In this document: positions 26,603 to 36,194 of the stretch, one piece after another | Layout: each line of letters begins with the position of its first letter | How positions within the stretch are numbered: position 1 is the first letter of the stretch | Assembly: GCA_045590115.1 (NCBI GenBank) | Contig: JAZNQJ010000169.1 | Span: forward strand, 1 to 36,881 | Direction: 5' to 3' | Source: Alistipes sp. | Lineage (GTDB): Bacteria; Bacteroidota; Bacteroidia; Bacteroidales; Rikenellaceae | DNA: 36,881 nt | Notes under the pieces: generated by a model | Databases searched by the model: none | What the model saw: the letters and a program-made list of their open reading frames with translations, nothing else | What the model was told of the DNA's origin: nothing | Translations under genes and position numbers: made by a program

Positions 26603-27589
26603 ATGATAAGCAGAGAAATACCTAAATATTTAGTCTCACGACGCTACATTTCTGTGATGATTTCGTTCATCGTAGTTTTCTCTATTCTCTTCATGCTGGT
26701 ATACGAGCCATTCTCCTTGGCAGTATGGTTTAGTACCAACGACACACTTCGATTTTCGATCACAATACTCTTCTACGTAGCTGCTGTAGTCATACTCATT
26801 ATAAGTCGCTCGACGATGTATGCCCTACAGGATAGGTATATCATGACCATAACACGATACCTATGGTGGCTTATGTGCGAGAATGTGGCAATATCGCTGC
26901 TCTATACCATTATCACCCTTACGATATTCCCCGAGCCAGGGCTAAAGTTCCCGGAGGTGGGCATACGTGCGCTATTCTGTGTTACGATGATACTTGCCAT
27001 ACCCAATGGACTGATACTCTTCTATGCAGCATATCACGCTAAGTGCGAGGAGTTTGAGGCAGCATCATACCAACTACAACGCGCCAGGGAGGAGTGTCGC
27101 AGGTTAGAACTTATGACTAAGCATGAGAAACAGCGTCGTGAGGAGGCCGTTGCACAGGCAGCAGCTGATGAGCGTGCGCCACGAATGATAAAACTCTACG
27201 ACAATGGTGGCACACTGCGCCTTACAATCAACGAGGAGTCGCTCTACTACCTTGAGTCTGAGGATAACTACATGAAGGTACACTACAAACACAACGACAA
27301 GATTGCAAACTACCTGCTGCGCTGTCGTACACGAAGTGTCGAGGAGAGCCTCAAAGGCACCTCGCTACGTCGTTGTCACCGCTCATATATCGTGAACATC
27401 AACAAGATACGCTTTGTGAGTGAGGAGCATCGCCTCCACTTCATAAACCTCGATGATGACTCAATACGTCGCATACCTCTATCAAAGAGCTACTACGAAA
27501 GCATAATATCGTCGCTGAACGTAGCGCAGAAGAGTGGCAATGTAGAACACCACGAAGATAACACCTCAGCAGACGACTCTATAGCCTAA
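26603..27589 (+). CDS. Membrane-bound LytTR-family transcriptional regulator
   Basis: Four N-terminal TM helices; coiled linker; LYYLESEDNY and RRCHRSYIVN...IPLSKSY LytTR motifs; no receiver domain. Confidence 0.9.
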   Translation: MISREIPKYLVSRRYISVMISFIVVFSILFMLVYEPFSLAVWFSTNDTLRFSITILFYVAAVVILIISRSTMYALQDRYIMTITRYLWWLMCENVAISLLYTIITLTIFPEPGLKFPEVGIRALFCVTMILAIPNGLILFYAAYHAKCEEFEAASYQLQRAREECRRLELMTKHEKQRREEAVAQAAADERAPRMIKLYDNGGTLRLTINEESLYYLESEDNYMKVHYKHNDKIANYLLRCRTRSVEESLKGTSLRRCHRSYIVNINKIRFVSEEHRLHFINLDDDSIRRIPLSKSYYESIISSLNVAQKSGNVEHHEDNTSADDSIA

Positions 27590-28305
27590 TACTTTAGGCT
27601 GAGGTCACGAGCTACGGCGAGCGTGGCAACAGATATTCGGCACGAGGGTGTTACACGCCTAATAGCATCGATACATGAGCATATGGTAGCACCTGTGGTA
27701 AGCACATCATCGACCAAGAGAATGTGCTTGTTATGCAGTCGTTTAGGACTACGAACAGCAAAGATTCCATCAACATTATCCCAACGATCGACAGCTTTAG
27801 TAAGTGTCTGCGATGGGTTATTCCTCTTGCGATAGACTGTACGGTGGTCGACCTTAGTACCTAACTCTCTGGCAATGCCCTCAGCTATATATGTCGACTG
27901 GTTATAGCCTCGCCTCAGAGTTTTGAGCCAATGTAGTGGTATTGGTACCACATAGTCTATGTCATCGTACAACCCCGAAGCCTTTAGCTCAGCGCCATAC
28001 ATAATACCCAACTTGCGGGCATAGAGCCACTTGCCTCCATACTTAAACTTATGGATAGTATGGTGCCAATCGTTATCGGTCTTCAGCAGAAAGTAGGATG
28101 ATGCCTGCTCGATACGCACTAACGGGGCGAAAAACTCTCTTACGGGATTATGCTCCCTAAGGCAGAAATGGGTTGTGGGGAGCTTTAGTCTACATCGTAG
28201 GCATATGCCATGAAGCTCAGTCTTGAGTACCTCATCACACACCATGCAGCGCTCTGGCACGATGAGCGAAAAGAGGCTATTCATTAAACTACTGAGCGTC
28301 GACAT
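27586..28305 (-). CDS. comF: ComF family protein (zinc ribbon plus phosphoribosyltransferase domain)
   Basis: CMVC and CLRC, PIPLH...RRGYNQS and ILLVDDVLTTGAT motifs; the start may be the second Met. Confidence 0.9.
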   Translation of the reverse strand: MSTLSSLMNSLFSLIVPERCMVCDEVLKTELHGICLRCRLKLPTTHFCLREHNPVREFFAPLVRIEQASSYFLLKTDNDWHHTIHKFKYGGKWLYARKLGIMYGAELKASGLYDDIDYVVPIPLHWLKTLRRGYNQSTYIAEGIARELGTKVDHRTVYRKRNNPSQTLTKAVDRWDNVDGIFAVRSPKRLHNKHILLVDDVLTTGATICSCIDAIRRVTPSCRISVATLAVARDLSLKY

Positions 28306-30547
28306 CTACCGATATGTTTACAGCCTTGATACTCTTATCCTCACGTAGCTCATCAAGAGTCTTGCGTATATACTCACGAGCAAGCTTCATCGAAGCTCCC
28401 GACTCAATCTTCAGCAGTAGCTCGGCACGATGTTCGCCACGAAGCATCTCGAGGGCAGCTGACACAGGCCCCATCACACGATGTCCAAACTTCTTGCGAA
28501 GGATGGCTGCAAGTGCGTGTGATGCACGTCTGAGAAGCTCATAGTCGCTATGGCGCAGCATGAAGCGTACGAGGTGCGAATATGGTGGATAGCCAAAGGC
28601 CTTACGTTCGTGTAGCTCGGTGCGTGCCATGGCATGATAATCGCCCGAAGCTACATAGCGTATTACGGGATGCTGAGGCTGCGATGTCTGAATCACCACA
28701 CGACCACGATCGTTATGTCTGCCGGCACGTCCTGCCACCTGCATAAGTAGCTGGAAGGCTCGCTCTGTAGACCTAAAGTCAGGGGCTGAGAGCAGGTTGT
28801 CGGCATTAAGCACACCTACGGTGCTTACGCCCTCAAAATCAAAGCCCTTAGAGATTATCTGTGTGCCGACAAGGATATCACTCTCATGAAGTTCAAAGCT
28901 ACGCACAATGCGCTTGAAGGCACTCTCCGATGATGATGTGTCGCCATCGAGACGCTCAACACGTGCCTCAGGGAAGAGGCGAGTGATCTCCTCCTCGACC
29001 TTCTCGGTACCAAAGCCCATAGCCTTCATATCCTGAGTCTGACAGTTGGGGCATACATCGCTAAGCTCCATGGTATATCCGCAGTAGTGGCACTCCATGC
29101 GTGATGTAGACTTATGTTGCGTAAGTGTCACGTTGCAGTGTGGGCAGCGGGGCGAGTAGCCACACGTACGACACTGCTTATAGGGAGCATAGCCACGTCG
29201 GTTTTGGAACAGTATAACCTGCTCAGAGCTTGACAGCGAGCGTTTTATATTGCTGAGCAGGTCGAGGTTAAAGTGTGTACGGCGCTCGCCACGCTTTAAG
29301 GCACGTAGCGTGTCCGACACAATAACTTCGGGAAGTACACCACTACCCCATCGCTCGGTAAGCTCAGCATAGCCATACTTGCCCGAAAGGGCATTTGTGT
29401 AGCTCTCAAGAGATGGAGTGGCGCTACCCAAGACCACATGTGCGCCATAGATGCGTGACATCACCACAGCGCAGTCACGAGCGTTGTAGCGTGGCTGGAG
29501 ATCGCTTTGTTTGTATCCTGGGTCATGCTCCTCATCAACGATAACAAGGCCAGGATTGTGCATAGGCAGAAATATCGTTGAGCGCACACCCACTATAAGC
29601 TCGCCACCTGTAGATGCTGCCAATCGGAGGAACTCCCTACCACGACGTAGTGGCGTAAGGCGAGAGTGGTAGGTCGTGGTACGTCCCTCAAAGATACGCT
29701 CAAGGCGTTCGATAAGCTGTGAGGTGATGACAATCTCCGGTACAAGCACCATCACATCGTGACCCAAGGCGAGGTGTTCGGCGATAAGGTGTATGTATAT
29801 CTCAGTCTTGCCTGAGCCTGTGACACCATGTAGTAGCGCCACCTTATCTTCGCTGTGAGCCTTATGTATAAGCTCTAATGTCTGCTGCTGTGCTGAGGAG
29901 AGTGTAGGTAGAATAAAGTTCTGCTTATCGCCCGACGTAAGCCTCTCACGCAGACGCTGTTCAGTGCGTATAAGTCCTTTTGAGCGTAGTGCCGTAAGGT
30001 GCTGACTATCGACATCGACCAATCTACGTGGCACAAAGCCATCCTCAGCCTTACGTTCAATGACAAGCGCTGCGATACGTTCGATGGTCTCAACACGTCG
30101 TGGCGCACGTCGTGAGTGCTTCTCACGATAGGCCGAGAGTGCCTCTTCTGAGAGTAGCTCCTCGCTAAGGGCTATAAACTGCTCAGTAGGAGGCTCAATG
30201 CTACGCTCATCAATCTCGGCAAGCGACGTTGCCGAGGGCTTAGCCATCGAGGGTAGAGCAAGGCGCATAACCTCGCCAAGAGTACAAAGGTAGTAGTCGG
30301 CAATCCACTCCCACAGACGCTGTGTTGCGGGACTAAGCAACTGTCGTGAGTAAAGCTTACTAAGTATTGGCTTAAGGCGTGGGTAGTTGGGGCGCTCTGT
30401 GCTTATGCTCCACACGATGCCCGTATAATAACGACTACTGCCAAATTGCACAACCACAGCATCGCCTACCTCCACAGCCAAGCTCTCATCGACGGAGAAG
30501 CTATACATGGGCTGTGCCAATGGTAGAACTACCTGTGCGTACAACAT
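28289..30547 (-). CDS. priA: Replication restart helicase PriA
   Basis: LHGVTGSGKTE, DEEH, LGSATPS, FQNRRGY, four CxxC pairs and QVAGRAGR. Confidence 0.97.
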   Translation of the reverse strand: MLYAQVVLPLAQPMYSFSVDESLAVEVGDAVVVQFGSSRYYTGIVWSISTERPNYPRLKPILSKLYSRQLLSPATQRLWEWIADYYLCTLGEVMRLALPSMAKPSATSLAEIDERSIEPPTEQFIALSEELLSEEALSAYREKHSRRAPRRVETIERIAALVIERKAEDGFVPRRLVDVDSQHLTALRSKGLIRTEQRLRERLTSGDKQNFILPTLSSAQQQTLELIHKAHSEDKVALLHGVTGSGKTEIYIHLIAEHLALGHDVMVLVPEIVITSQLIERLERIFEGRTTTYHSRLTPLRRGREFLRLAASTGGELIVGVRSTIFLPMHNPGLVIVDEEHDPGYKQSDLQPRYNARDCAVVMSRIYGAHVVLGSATPSLESYTNALSGKYGYAELTERWGSGVLPEVIVSDTLRALKRGERRTHFNLDLLSNIKRSLSSSEQVILFQNRRGYAPYKQCRTCGYSPRCPHCNVTLTQHKSTSRMECHYCGYTMELSDVCPNCQTQDMKAMGFGTEKVEEEITRLFPEARVERLDGDTSSSESAFKRIVRSFELHESDILVGTQIISKGFDFEGVSTVGVLNADNLLSAPDFRSTERAFQLLMQVAGRAGRHNDRGRVVIQTSQPQHPVIRYVASGDYHAMARTELHERKAFGYPPYSHLVRFMLRHSDYELLRRASHALAAILRKKFGHRVMGPVSAALEMLRGEHRAELLLKIESGASMKLAREYIRKTLDELREDKSIKAVNISVDVDAQ

Positions 30548-30580
30548 GGCAGCAGTAGTATTTTACCCCTAATGGGGTGA

Positions 30581-31552
30581 TTAGGCCTTGTTCAAGGCAT
30601 CGAAGCCCTGTCCGTAAACGCCCATCACAGAGCCTACGGTAAGGAACGCATTAGGATCCTGCTCACGAATAAGCTTAAGGATCATAGAGGTATCACGCTT
30701 GCGGCATACCACCATAACGGCCTTAGAAGGGGTCTTGGTGTACCAACCCATAGCGTCGATAAGCGTAGCACCACGATGTGCCTTGGTATTAATCATCTCG
30801 GCCATAGCCTCATAGTCCTTACAGAAGATCATAATCTGGTTAGACTGCTGGTTACCAGACTGTACCAAGTCTACAGTATAGCCAATCACAGCAATCATGA
30901 TAAAACCGTAGACCATACGTGCAAAGGCCAATGATGAGAGTGGCTCTATGACTGTATCCACTCCGTTAACAGTGATTGTGGTTGTGAGGAACAATGATGA
31001 GATAAGGATACCGCAGTCGGTGCCGAGCAATACCTTGCCATAGCTTACCGTACGGAACTTGTTGATAATCATTGCCACGATATCGGTACCACCTGTTGAG
31101 CCGCCCTGCATGAATGACACAGCAATACCCACACCACACGATGCAGCGCCGATAACTACAAGGAGCAAATCGCCAGCTGCAACTTCCTCGAACATTCTAA
31201 CCATGATGCCCTGAGGGAAGTAGCTTGACTCCACAATGTTGAACATCACAGACATCATCAGGATGCAGTACAAGGTCTTGATACCAAACTTCCAGCCAAC
31301 AATCATAACGCCCAAGATGAGCAGGATAACGTTGATAATGAACACCAACGTACCGATTGTAAGGAACGATGCAAGGCTCTCAGGAAGGACGGCGTTGATA
31401 AGTGTTGCCAAACCTGCAGCACCACCACCCATACCACCTGCAGGAAGCACACACTGCAACCAGCCAAAGGCGTAGCAGAACATACCAAAGGTCATCAAGA
31501 TATACTCCTTGATGCCGATAAGAATCGTACGAGAAGAGATTTTCGCACCCAT
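30581..31552 (-). CDS. YitT family membrane protein
   Basis: GGGAAGLA and GGSTGGTDIVA motifs; C-terminal RGATLIDAMGWYT...DPNAF...GVYGQGF. Confidence 0.9.
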   Translation of the reverse strand: MGAKISSRTILIGIKEYILMTFGMFCYAFGWLQCVLPAGGMGGGAAGLATLINAVLPESLASFLTIGTLVFIINVILLILGVMIVGWKFGIKTLYCILMMSVMFNIVESSYFPQGIMVRMFEEVAAGDLLLVVIGAASCGVGIAVSFMQGGSTGGTDIVAMIINKFRTVSYGKVLLGTDCGILISSLFLTTTITVNGVDTVIEPLSSLAFARMVYGFIMIAVIGYTVDLVQSGNQQSNQIMIFCKDYEAMAEMINTKAHRGATLIDAMGWYTKTPSKAVMVVCRKRDTSMILKLIREQDPNAFLTVGSVMGVYGQGFDALNKA

Positions 31553-31625
31553 ATCAATTCAAAAAATTAATTAAGTTGAGCTATTAGTTCGCAATTTACA
31601 TATGTAAAATCAAATTTTGCGGGGG

Positions 31626-31633
31626 CAAATGTA
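31626..31633 (-). promoter_or_regulatory. -7 promoter element for yitT-priA-comF
   Basis: Reverse complement TACATTTG in an AT-rich gap. Confidence 0.5.
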
Positions 31634-31679
31634 CAAACTTTCGCCCGAAAAGTGCAATATTTTTGATTTATTTTATCAC

Positions 31680-31720
31680 CTCATACGCAATGCACTGATT
31701 TTTAGCGCATTGCGCATGAG
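31680..31720 (-). terminator. 17-bp hairpin after the GH92 stop, without a U-tract
   Basis: Minus strand CTCATGCGCAATGCGCT / AGTGCATTGCGTATGAG, fully paired with two G-U pairs. Confidence 0.5.
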
Positions 31721-31729
31721 TGTAGAATA

Positions 31730-33937
31730 CTAATACCAACAGGTCTGCTCAGCGCCCATCTCAAAGACGAGCTTACCGCCAGCGATAACCTCATCGTGAG
31801 TGATGTAGCCCCGCTCCAAAGCCTTGCCATTGAGCGTGATATGCTGGATGTAGCGGTTCTCAGGGGTATAGCCCTTACGCTCGATGGTAAACACGCCACC
31901 CTCGACATCAATCTCAGCCTTGTCAACCAATGGCACACCGATAACATAGCGACCAGCAGCTGGCTCTACAGGGTAGAAGCCCAAGGTGGTCATGATATAC
32001 CATGCCGACATCTGGCCAACATCCTCATTGCCTGAGAGGCCGTCAACCTCTGTTGAGTACATCGTGTCGCAAATCTCGTAGATGCGGTCTGCTGCCTTCC
32101 ATGGCTGACCCAACATAGTGTAGAAGTATACGATGTGGTGGCTTGGCTCGTTGCCATGAACATACTGACCAATAAGACCTGAGATATCGGGAGTTACATC
32201 CTCGCCCTCCATCTTAGTATCTGCAGTAAAGAGTCCGTCGAGCTTCTCAAGTGTGGCCTCAACGCCACCGAAGCACTCTACCAACTTATCGAGATCCTGT
32301 GGCACAAGCCATGTATACTGCCATGCGTTACCCTCGCAGTACTCATTAGCGATACGTGATGCATTGTATGGGTTGAAGTCCTCACGCCACTCGCCCTTTG
32401 ATGACTTACCACGCACAAAGCCTGTCTCAGCATCGAAGTAGTTGAGCCATGAGTGGCTACGATTGTCAAGGTATGCAAAGGCCTCCTCCTTGCCAAGCTT
32501 CTTAGCCACCTCAGCAGCTGCAGCATCGGCAATAGCAAACTCCATGTCGTGAGCGATAGACTCGGCCTGGAGGTCACGAGGCATGTAGCCATACTCCTTA
32601 CGGCACTTACCACCACGCATGTCGTGCATATAAGAGGTCTCAAGAGCCTTCCAAGCACGCTCAGCGTCGATACCCTCGATACCCTTAGCCACAGCATCCG
32701 ATACGGCGATGATGCCTGGCGAGCCTACCATACAGCCATTATCCCAGCCCCAAAGGTGCCAAATAGGCAGGAAGCCCTGCTCCTCGCAGATGTTGATCAT
32801 GGTGTTGATAACGTCGTCCATGCGCTCAGGATGAGTGATGGTCATAAGAGGTAGCTTAGCACGATAAGTATCCCACAATGAGAATGTTGTGTATGTGTCG
32901 TGGCCAGGATTCTGGTGAATCTCCTGATCAGCACCACGATAGGTGCCATCAACATCTGAGAAGAGCGATGGTGCTACATACATATGGTACATGCCTGTAT
33001 AGAATATCTCCTCCTGCTCAGGTGTTGCACCATAGATACGAATCTTGCGAATCTCATCGTTCCACTTCTTCTCGGCGAGCTGTGCTGTAGCGTCAAACTC
33101 TGCATTTGCCACCTCGGCATCGAAGTTTAGGCGTGCGCCCTCAAGGCTTGTAGAGGATAGTGCAACCTTCACACCAATCTGCTCGCCCTCAGTAGTTTTG
33201 AAGTGTATGCGATAGTAGTAATTGTCATTGCCGATAGGCTCAAACTTATCGAAAGGCTTTGAGAACTCAATCACGAAGTATACCTTCTGGTAGTTTGCCC
33301 AGCCATATGTGTGGCGGTTACCCTCAATACGGTTGTTACCCACAGCCTCGGCATATAGCGCATACTCATTCTCCTTGAGTCGCTCAGGAATCTCTGGACG
33401 ATCCCAGCAACCACCATGCACCAAGTCGAGGATGATAGCTGCCTCATCGCTTGCAGGGAAGGTGTAGCGGTGTAAGCCACCACGCTCCGTCGCTGTCATC
33501 TCAGCGGTGATGTTGTAGCGTGTCAAAGGCACTGAGTAGTAGCCTGGGCGTACCACCTCCTTAGAGCGGTCTGCCTCGCTCCAAAAGCCTGTAGAGTAGT
33601 CACCGAGACGGCCACGACCATAGGTAACCTCGCCAACAACAGGCATAAGCGTTACGTCGAAGAGGTCGCCACAGCCTGTACCCGAAAGGTGAGTGTGCGA
33701 GAAGCCGATAACGCTATTCTCCGAGTCGTGGTATCCCGAACACCAATCCCACTCCTGTGTGATGCTGGTAGGGCCTACCTGTGTCATGCCGAATGGCACG
33801 TTTGCACCAACAAATACGTGTCCATGTCCACCAGAGCCAATCTTAGGATTTACCTTTGCGGTGTAGTCCTCTACCGAAGCACTACAACCAACCATCGCAA
33901 CAGCCGCTACGATAGCCAATAAGTTCTTAATTCTCAT
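31730..33937 (-). CDS. GH92 alpha-mannosidase (lipoprotein)
   Basis: MVGC lipobox; FSHTHLSGTG, FSLWDTYR, YCEGNAWQY, HGNEPSHH and GNEDVGQMSAW motifs, with catalytic residues present. Confidence 0.95.
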   Translation of the reverse strand: MRIKNLLAIVAAVAMVGCSASVEDYTAKVNPKIGSGGHGHVFVGANVPFGMTQVGPTSITQEWDWCSGYHDSENSVIGFSHTHLSGTGCGDLFDVTLMPVVGEVTYGRGRLGDYSTGFWSEADRSKEVVRPGYYSVPLTRYNITAEMTATERGGLHRYTFPASDEAAIILDLVHGGCWDRPEIPERLKENEYALYAEAVGNNRIEGNRHTYGWANYQKVYFVIEFSKPFDKFEPIGNDNYYYRIHFKTTEGEQIGVKVALSSTSLEGARLNFDAEVANAEFDATAQLAEKKWNDEIRKIRIYGATPEQEEIFYTGMYHMYVAPSLFSDVDGTYRGADQEIHQNPGHDTYTTFSLWDTYRAKLPLMTITHPERMDDVINTMINICEEQGFLPIWHLWGWDNGCMVGSPGIIAVSDAVAKGIEGIDAERAWKALETSYMHDMRGGKCRKEYGYMPRDLQAESIAHDMEFAIADAAAAEVAKKLGKEEAFAYLDNRSHSWLNYFDAETGFVRGKSSKGEWREDFNPYNASRIANEYCEGNAWQYTWLVPQDLDKLVECFGGVEATLEKLDGLFTADTKMEGEDVTPDISGLIGQYVHGNEPSHHIVYFYTMLGQPWKAADRIYEICDTMYSTEVDGLSGNEDVGQMSAWYIMTTLGFYPVEPAAGRYVIGVPLVDKAEIDVEGGVFTIERKGYTPENRYIQHITLNGKALERGYITHDEVIAGGKLVFEMGAEQTCWY

Positions 33938-33947
33938 AGGTTAGCTT

Positions 33948-36194
33948 TTAATATAATTTTAATTTTAGTTCCTTTGCCTTTATCAGTTCGTCGTGAGATA
34001 GGCGGAAGCGGTTTGTAGGCTTGCCGCCAAGTGTTACACCATCAGGCTTGATATATTTGCCCTCACCCTCTGTAGCGATGGTTATGGTGCCATGCTCGGT
34101 CTCAATCTCCACTCGCTTGAAGCGTGGAGTGGTGATGGTATAGTATGGCTCGCCGGGGCAGTCGGGGTAGATGCCCATCATCGAGAATACCGCCCATGTA
34201 GACATTGTACCTGTGTCATCGTTACCAGGCAGACCATCAGGAGCTGTTGTATAGTTCTCATCAAGGAGCTTATGCACATACTCCTGAGTGAGATGTTCGT
34301 AGCCCTTAACACGACTGAAGAGGTATGGGTAGGCGATATCAGGCTCGTTGGTAGGGTCATAGTGGCCGTTGTCGAAGACCCACTGTAGACGCTCGACAAA
34401 CCTCTTACCACCACCCATTATCTTGATAAGACCCTCAATGTCGTGAGGCACAAAGAAGGTGTAGTTCCACGAGCTACCCTCGTGGAAGCCTATGGTATTT
34501 GAGAAGTTAGCACCCGCCGTAGGGTCAAACTCACCAATAAACTTGCCATCAGCACCTATTGGGCGCATTGCGCCATCGGCCTTAGAGTAGTAGTTGCGCC
34601 AGCCCGCAGCACGACGCTCCATTTCACGTGCAAACTCCTCATCGCCCATCTCACGTGCAAACGTAGCAAGGGCATTGTCTGCCACGTAGTATTCGAGTGC
34701 GTGCGATACGGAGTTGTCGCCCGACATATCCTGTGCAAAAAGCCCTACGGGGATATAGCCATGCTCGATATATGGGTCAATATCGGGGCGTATGGCATTG
34801 TGCCCTCCTGGCGTTGTTGCCGAACGCTTCATAGCCTCGTAGGCCACCTCAATATCGAAGTCACGTAATCCCTTGAGGTAGCTATCCACGATAACGGGTA
34901 TTGCAGGGTCGCCCTCCATCGTAAATGTCTCACGACCGTAAAGCTCCCAGCGAGGCAACCAGCCCCACTCACGTGACATATCCACCATCGAGCGAATCAT
35001 ATCGGTCTGTCGCTCGGGATATACCAACGTAAGTAGCTGATGTACATTGCGATAGGTATCCCATAATGAGAATACCGTATATCGCTCATAGTCGGTTGCA
35101 AGACCTGTAGCACCACTCTCCATTGCGGGGTATTCGCCATTTACATCGCTTACAATATTGGGGTGTAGCAACGAGTGGTAAAGGGCTGTGTAGAATATCG
35201 TGCGGTCATCCTCCGAACCACCCTCAACACGTATACGACTCAAGGCCTCGTGCCACTTGTCGTGAGCCTCACGACGTAGTGTGTCAAAGGATTTTTTGCC
35301 CACCTCGGCCTCAAGGTTGCGGCGAGCATTCTCAACTGATACGTATGATATACCCACCTTGACCTCTACCTCAGTGCCTGGCTCAACCTCGCCAAGCGAG
35401 AGTATAGCACCGATGTCATCGCCCATAATCTCACGTGAGTACTTCGAGTATATCTTGTACTCGCCACTATCGCCCGACCACTGTGCCTCAATGCCTGTCA
35501 TCTCAGGCTGTAGCTTCCAGTAGTTGATGCTCTTGGCGGGTTGTGATAGGCGCACGACAAAATATATTGGGAATACCGCCTGGTTGGTGTAGCAGAATGT
35601 GCCGAGCAGGCGCATGCCCTCAATCTCGCAGTCACTCACACGACGTAGCATAGCTCCCGACTCGTTAGATAGTGCTGTGCCGAGGTCAACAATGATATTT
35701 GCCTGACCACCCTCAGCAAAGGTGTAGCGCTCAATAGAGGCACGCTCCGAGGCCGTAGCCTCAGCACGTACCTTAAACTGCTCATAGGTCGTAGCATAGT
35801 AGCCTGGCTCAGCTACCTCATCAACATATGTCGAGCCACGCAGTGTACGGTCGGCCTCAGCGTCACCCGTTGTCGCCATGGTGATAATTGCACCAAGCTC
35901 TGGGCAGCCTACGCCACTCAAAGCACCATGAGCAAAGCCCACCGAATACTTATTGCGTATGTCGTAAGGCGTAGACCACCAGCGGGCATCTTTGTCGAAG
36001 CGGTTAAGCTCCGAGCCAGTGACATTGAATGGCACAACAGCCATCATACCGTGAGGCACAACAGCACCAGGGTGCGTTGCCGAGTAGTCGGCAGTGCCGA
36101 TAAACGGGTCTACATATTTTGTATAGTCAGCCTCCTGTGCCGAAACCACGGCACACGATAGCAAAATTGCAAATATGGTTAGTCTAATTCTCAT
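33948..36194 (-). CDS. GH92 alpha-mannosidase
   Basis: Signal peptide; VDPFIGT, LSGVGC, FSLWDTYR, FHEGSSWNY, TNEPD and GNDDTGTMSTW motifs. Confidence 0.95.
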   Translation of the reverse strand: MRIRLTIFAILLSCAVVSAQEADYTKYVDPFIGTADYSATHPGAVVPHGMMAVVPFNVTGSELNRFDKDARWWSTPYDIRNKYSVGFAHGALSGVGCPELGAIITMATTGDAEADRTLRGSTYVDEVAEPGYYATTYEQFKVRAEATASERASIERYTFAEGGQANIIVDLGTALSNESGAMLRRVSDCEIEGMRLLGTFCYTNQAVFPIYFVVRLSQPAKSINYWKLQPEMTGIEAQWSGDSGEYKIYSKYSREIMGDDIGAILSLGEVEPGTEVEVKVGISYVSVENARRNLEAEVGKKSFDTLRREAHDKWHEALSRIRVEGGSEDDRTIFYTALYHSLLHPNIVSDVNGEYPAMESGATGLATDYERYTVFSLWDTYRNVHQLLTLVYPERQTDMIRSMVDMSREWGWLPRWELYGRETFTMEGDPAIPVIVDSYLKGLRDFDIEVAYEAMKRSATTPGGHNAIRPDIDPYIEHGYIPVGLFAQDMSGDNSVSHALEYYVADNALATFAREMGDEEFAREMERRAAGWRNYYSKADGAMRPIGADGKFIGEFDPTAGANFSNTIGFHEGSSWNYTFFVPHDIEGLIKIMGGGKRFVERLQWVFDNGHYDPTNEPDIAYPYLFSRVKGYEHLTQEYVHKLLDENYTTAPDGLPGNDDTGTMSTWAVFSMMGIYPDCPGEPYYTITTPRFKRVEIETEHGTITIATEGEGKYIKPDGVTLGGKPTNRFRLSHDELIKAKELKLKLY

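Noticed and set aside
27586-27589. Overlapping convergent stop codons of LytTR and comF
   Set aside because: Common in compact genomes; no further evidence of antisense regulation.
30563-30580. Hairpin TTACCCC-TAAT-GGGGTGA between yitT and priA
   Set aside because: Short stem with no U-tract on the coding strand; not supportable as a terminator.
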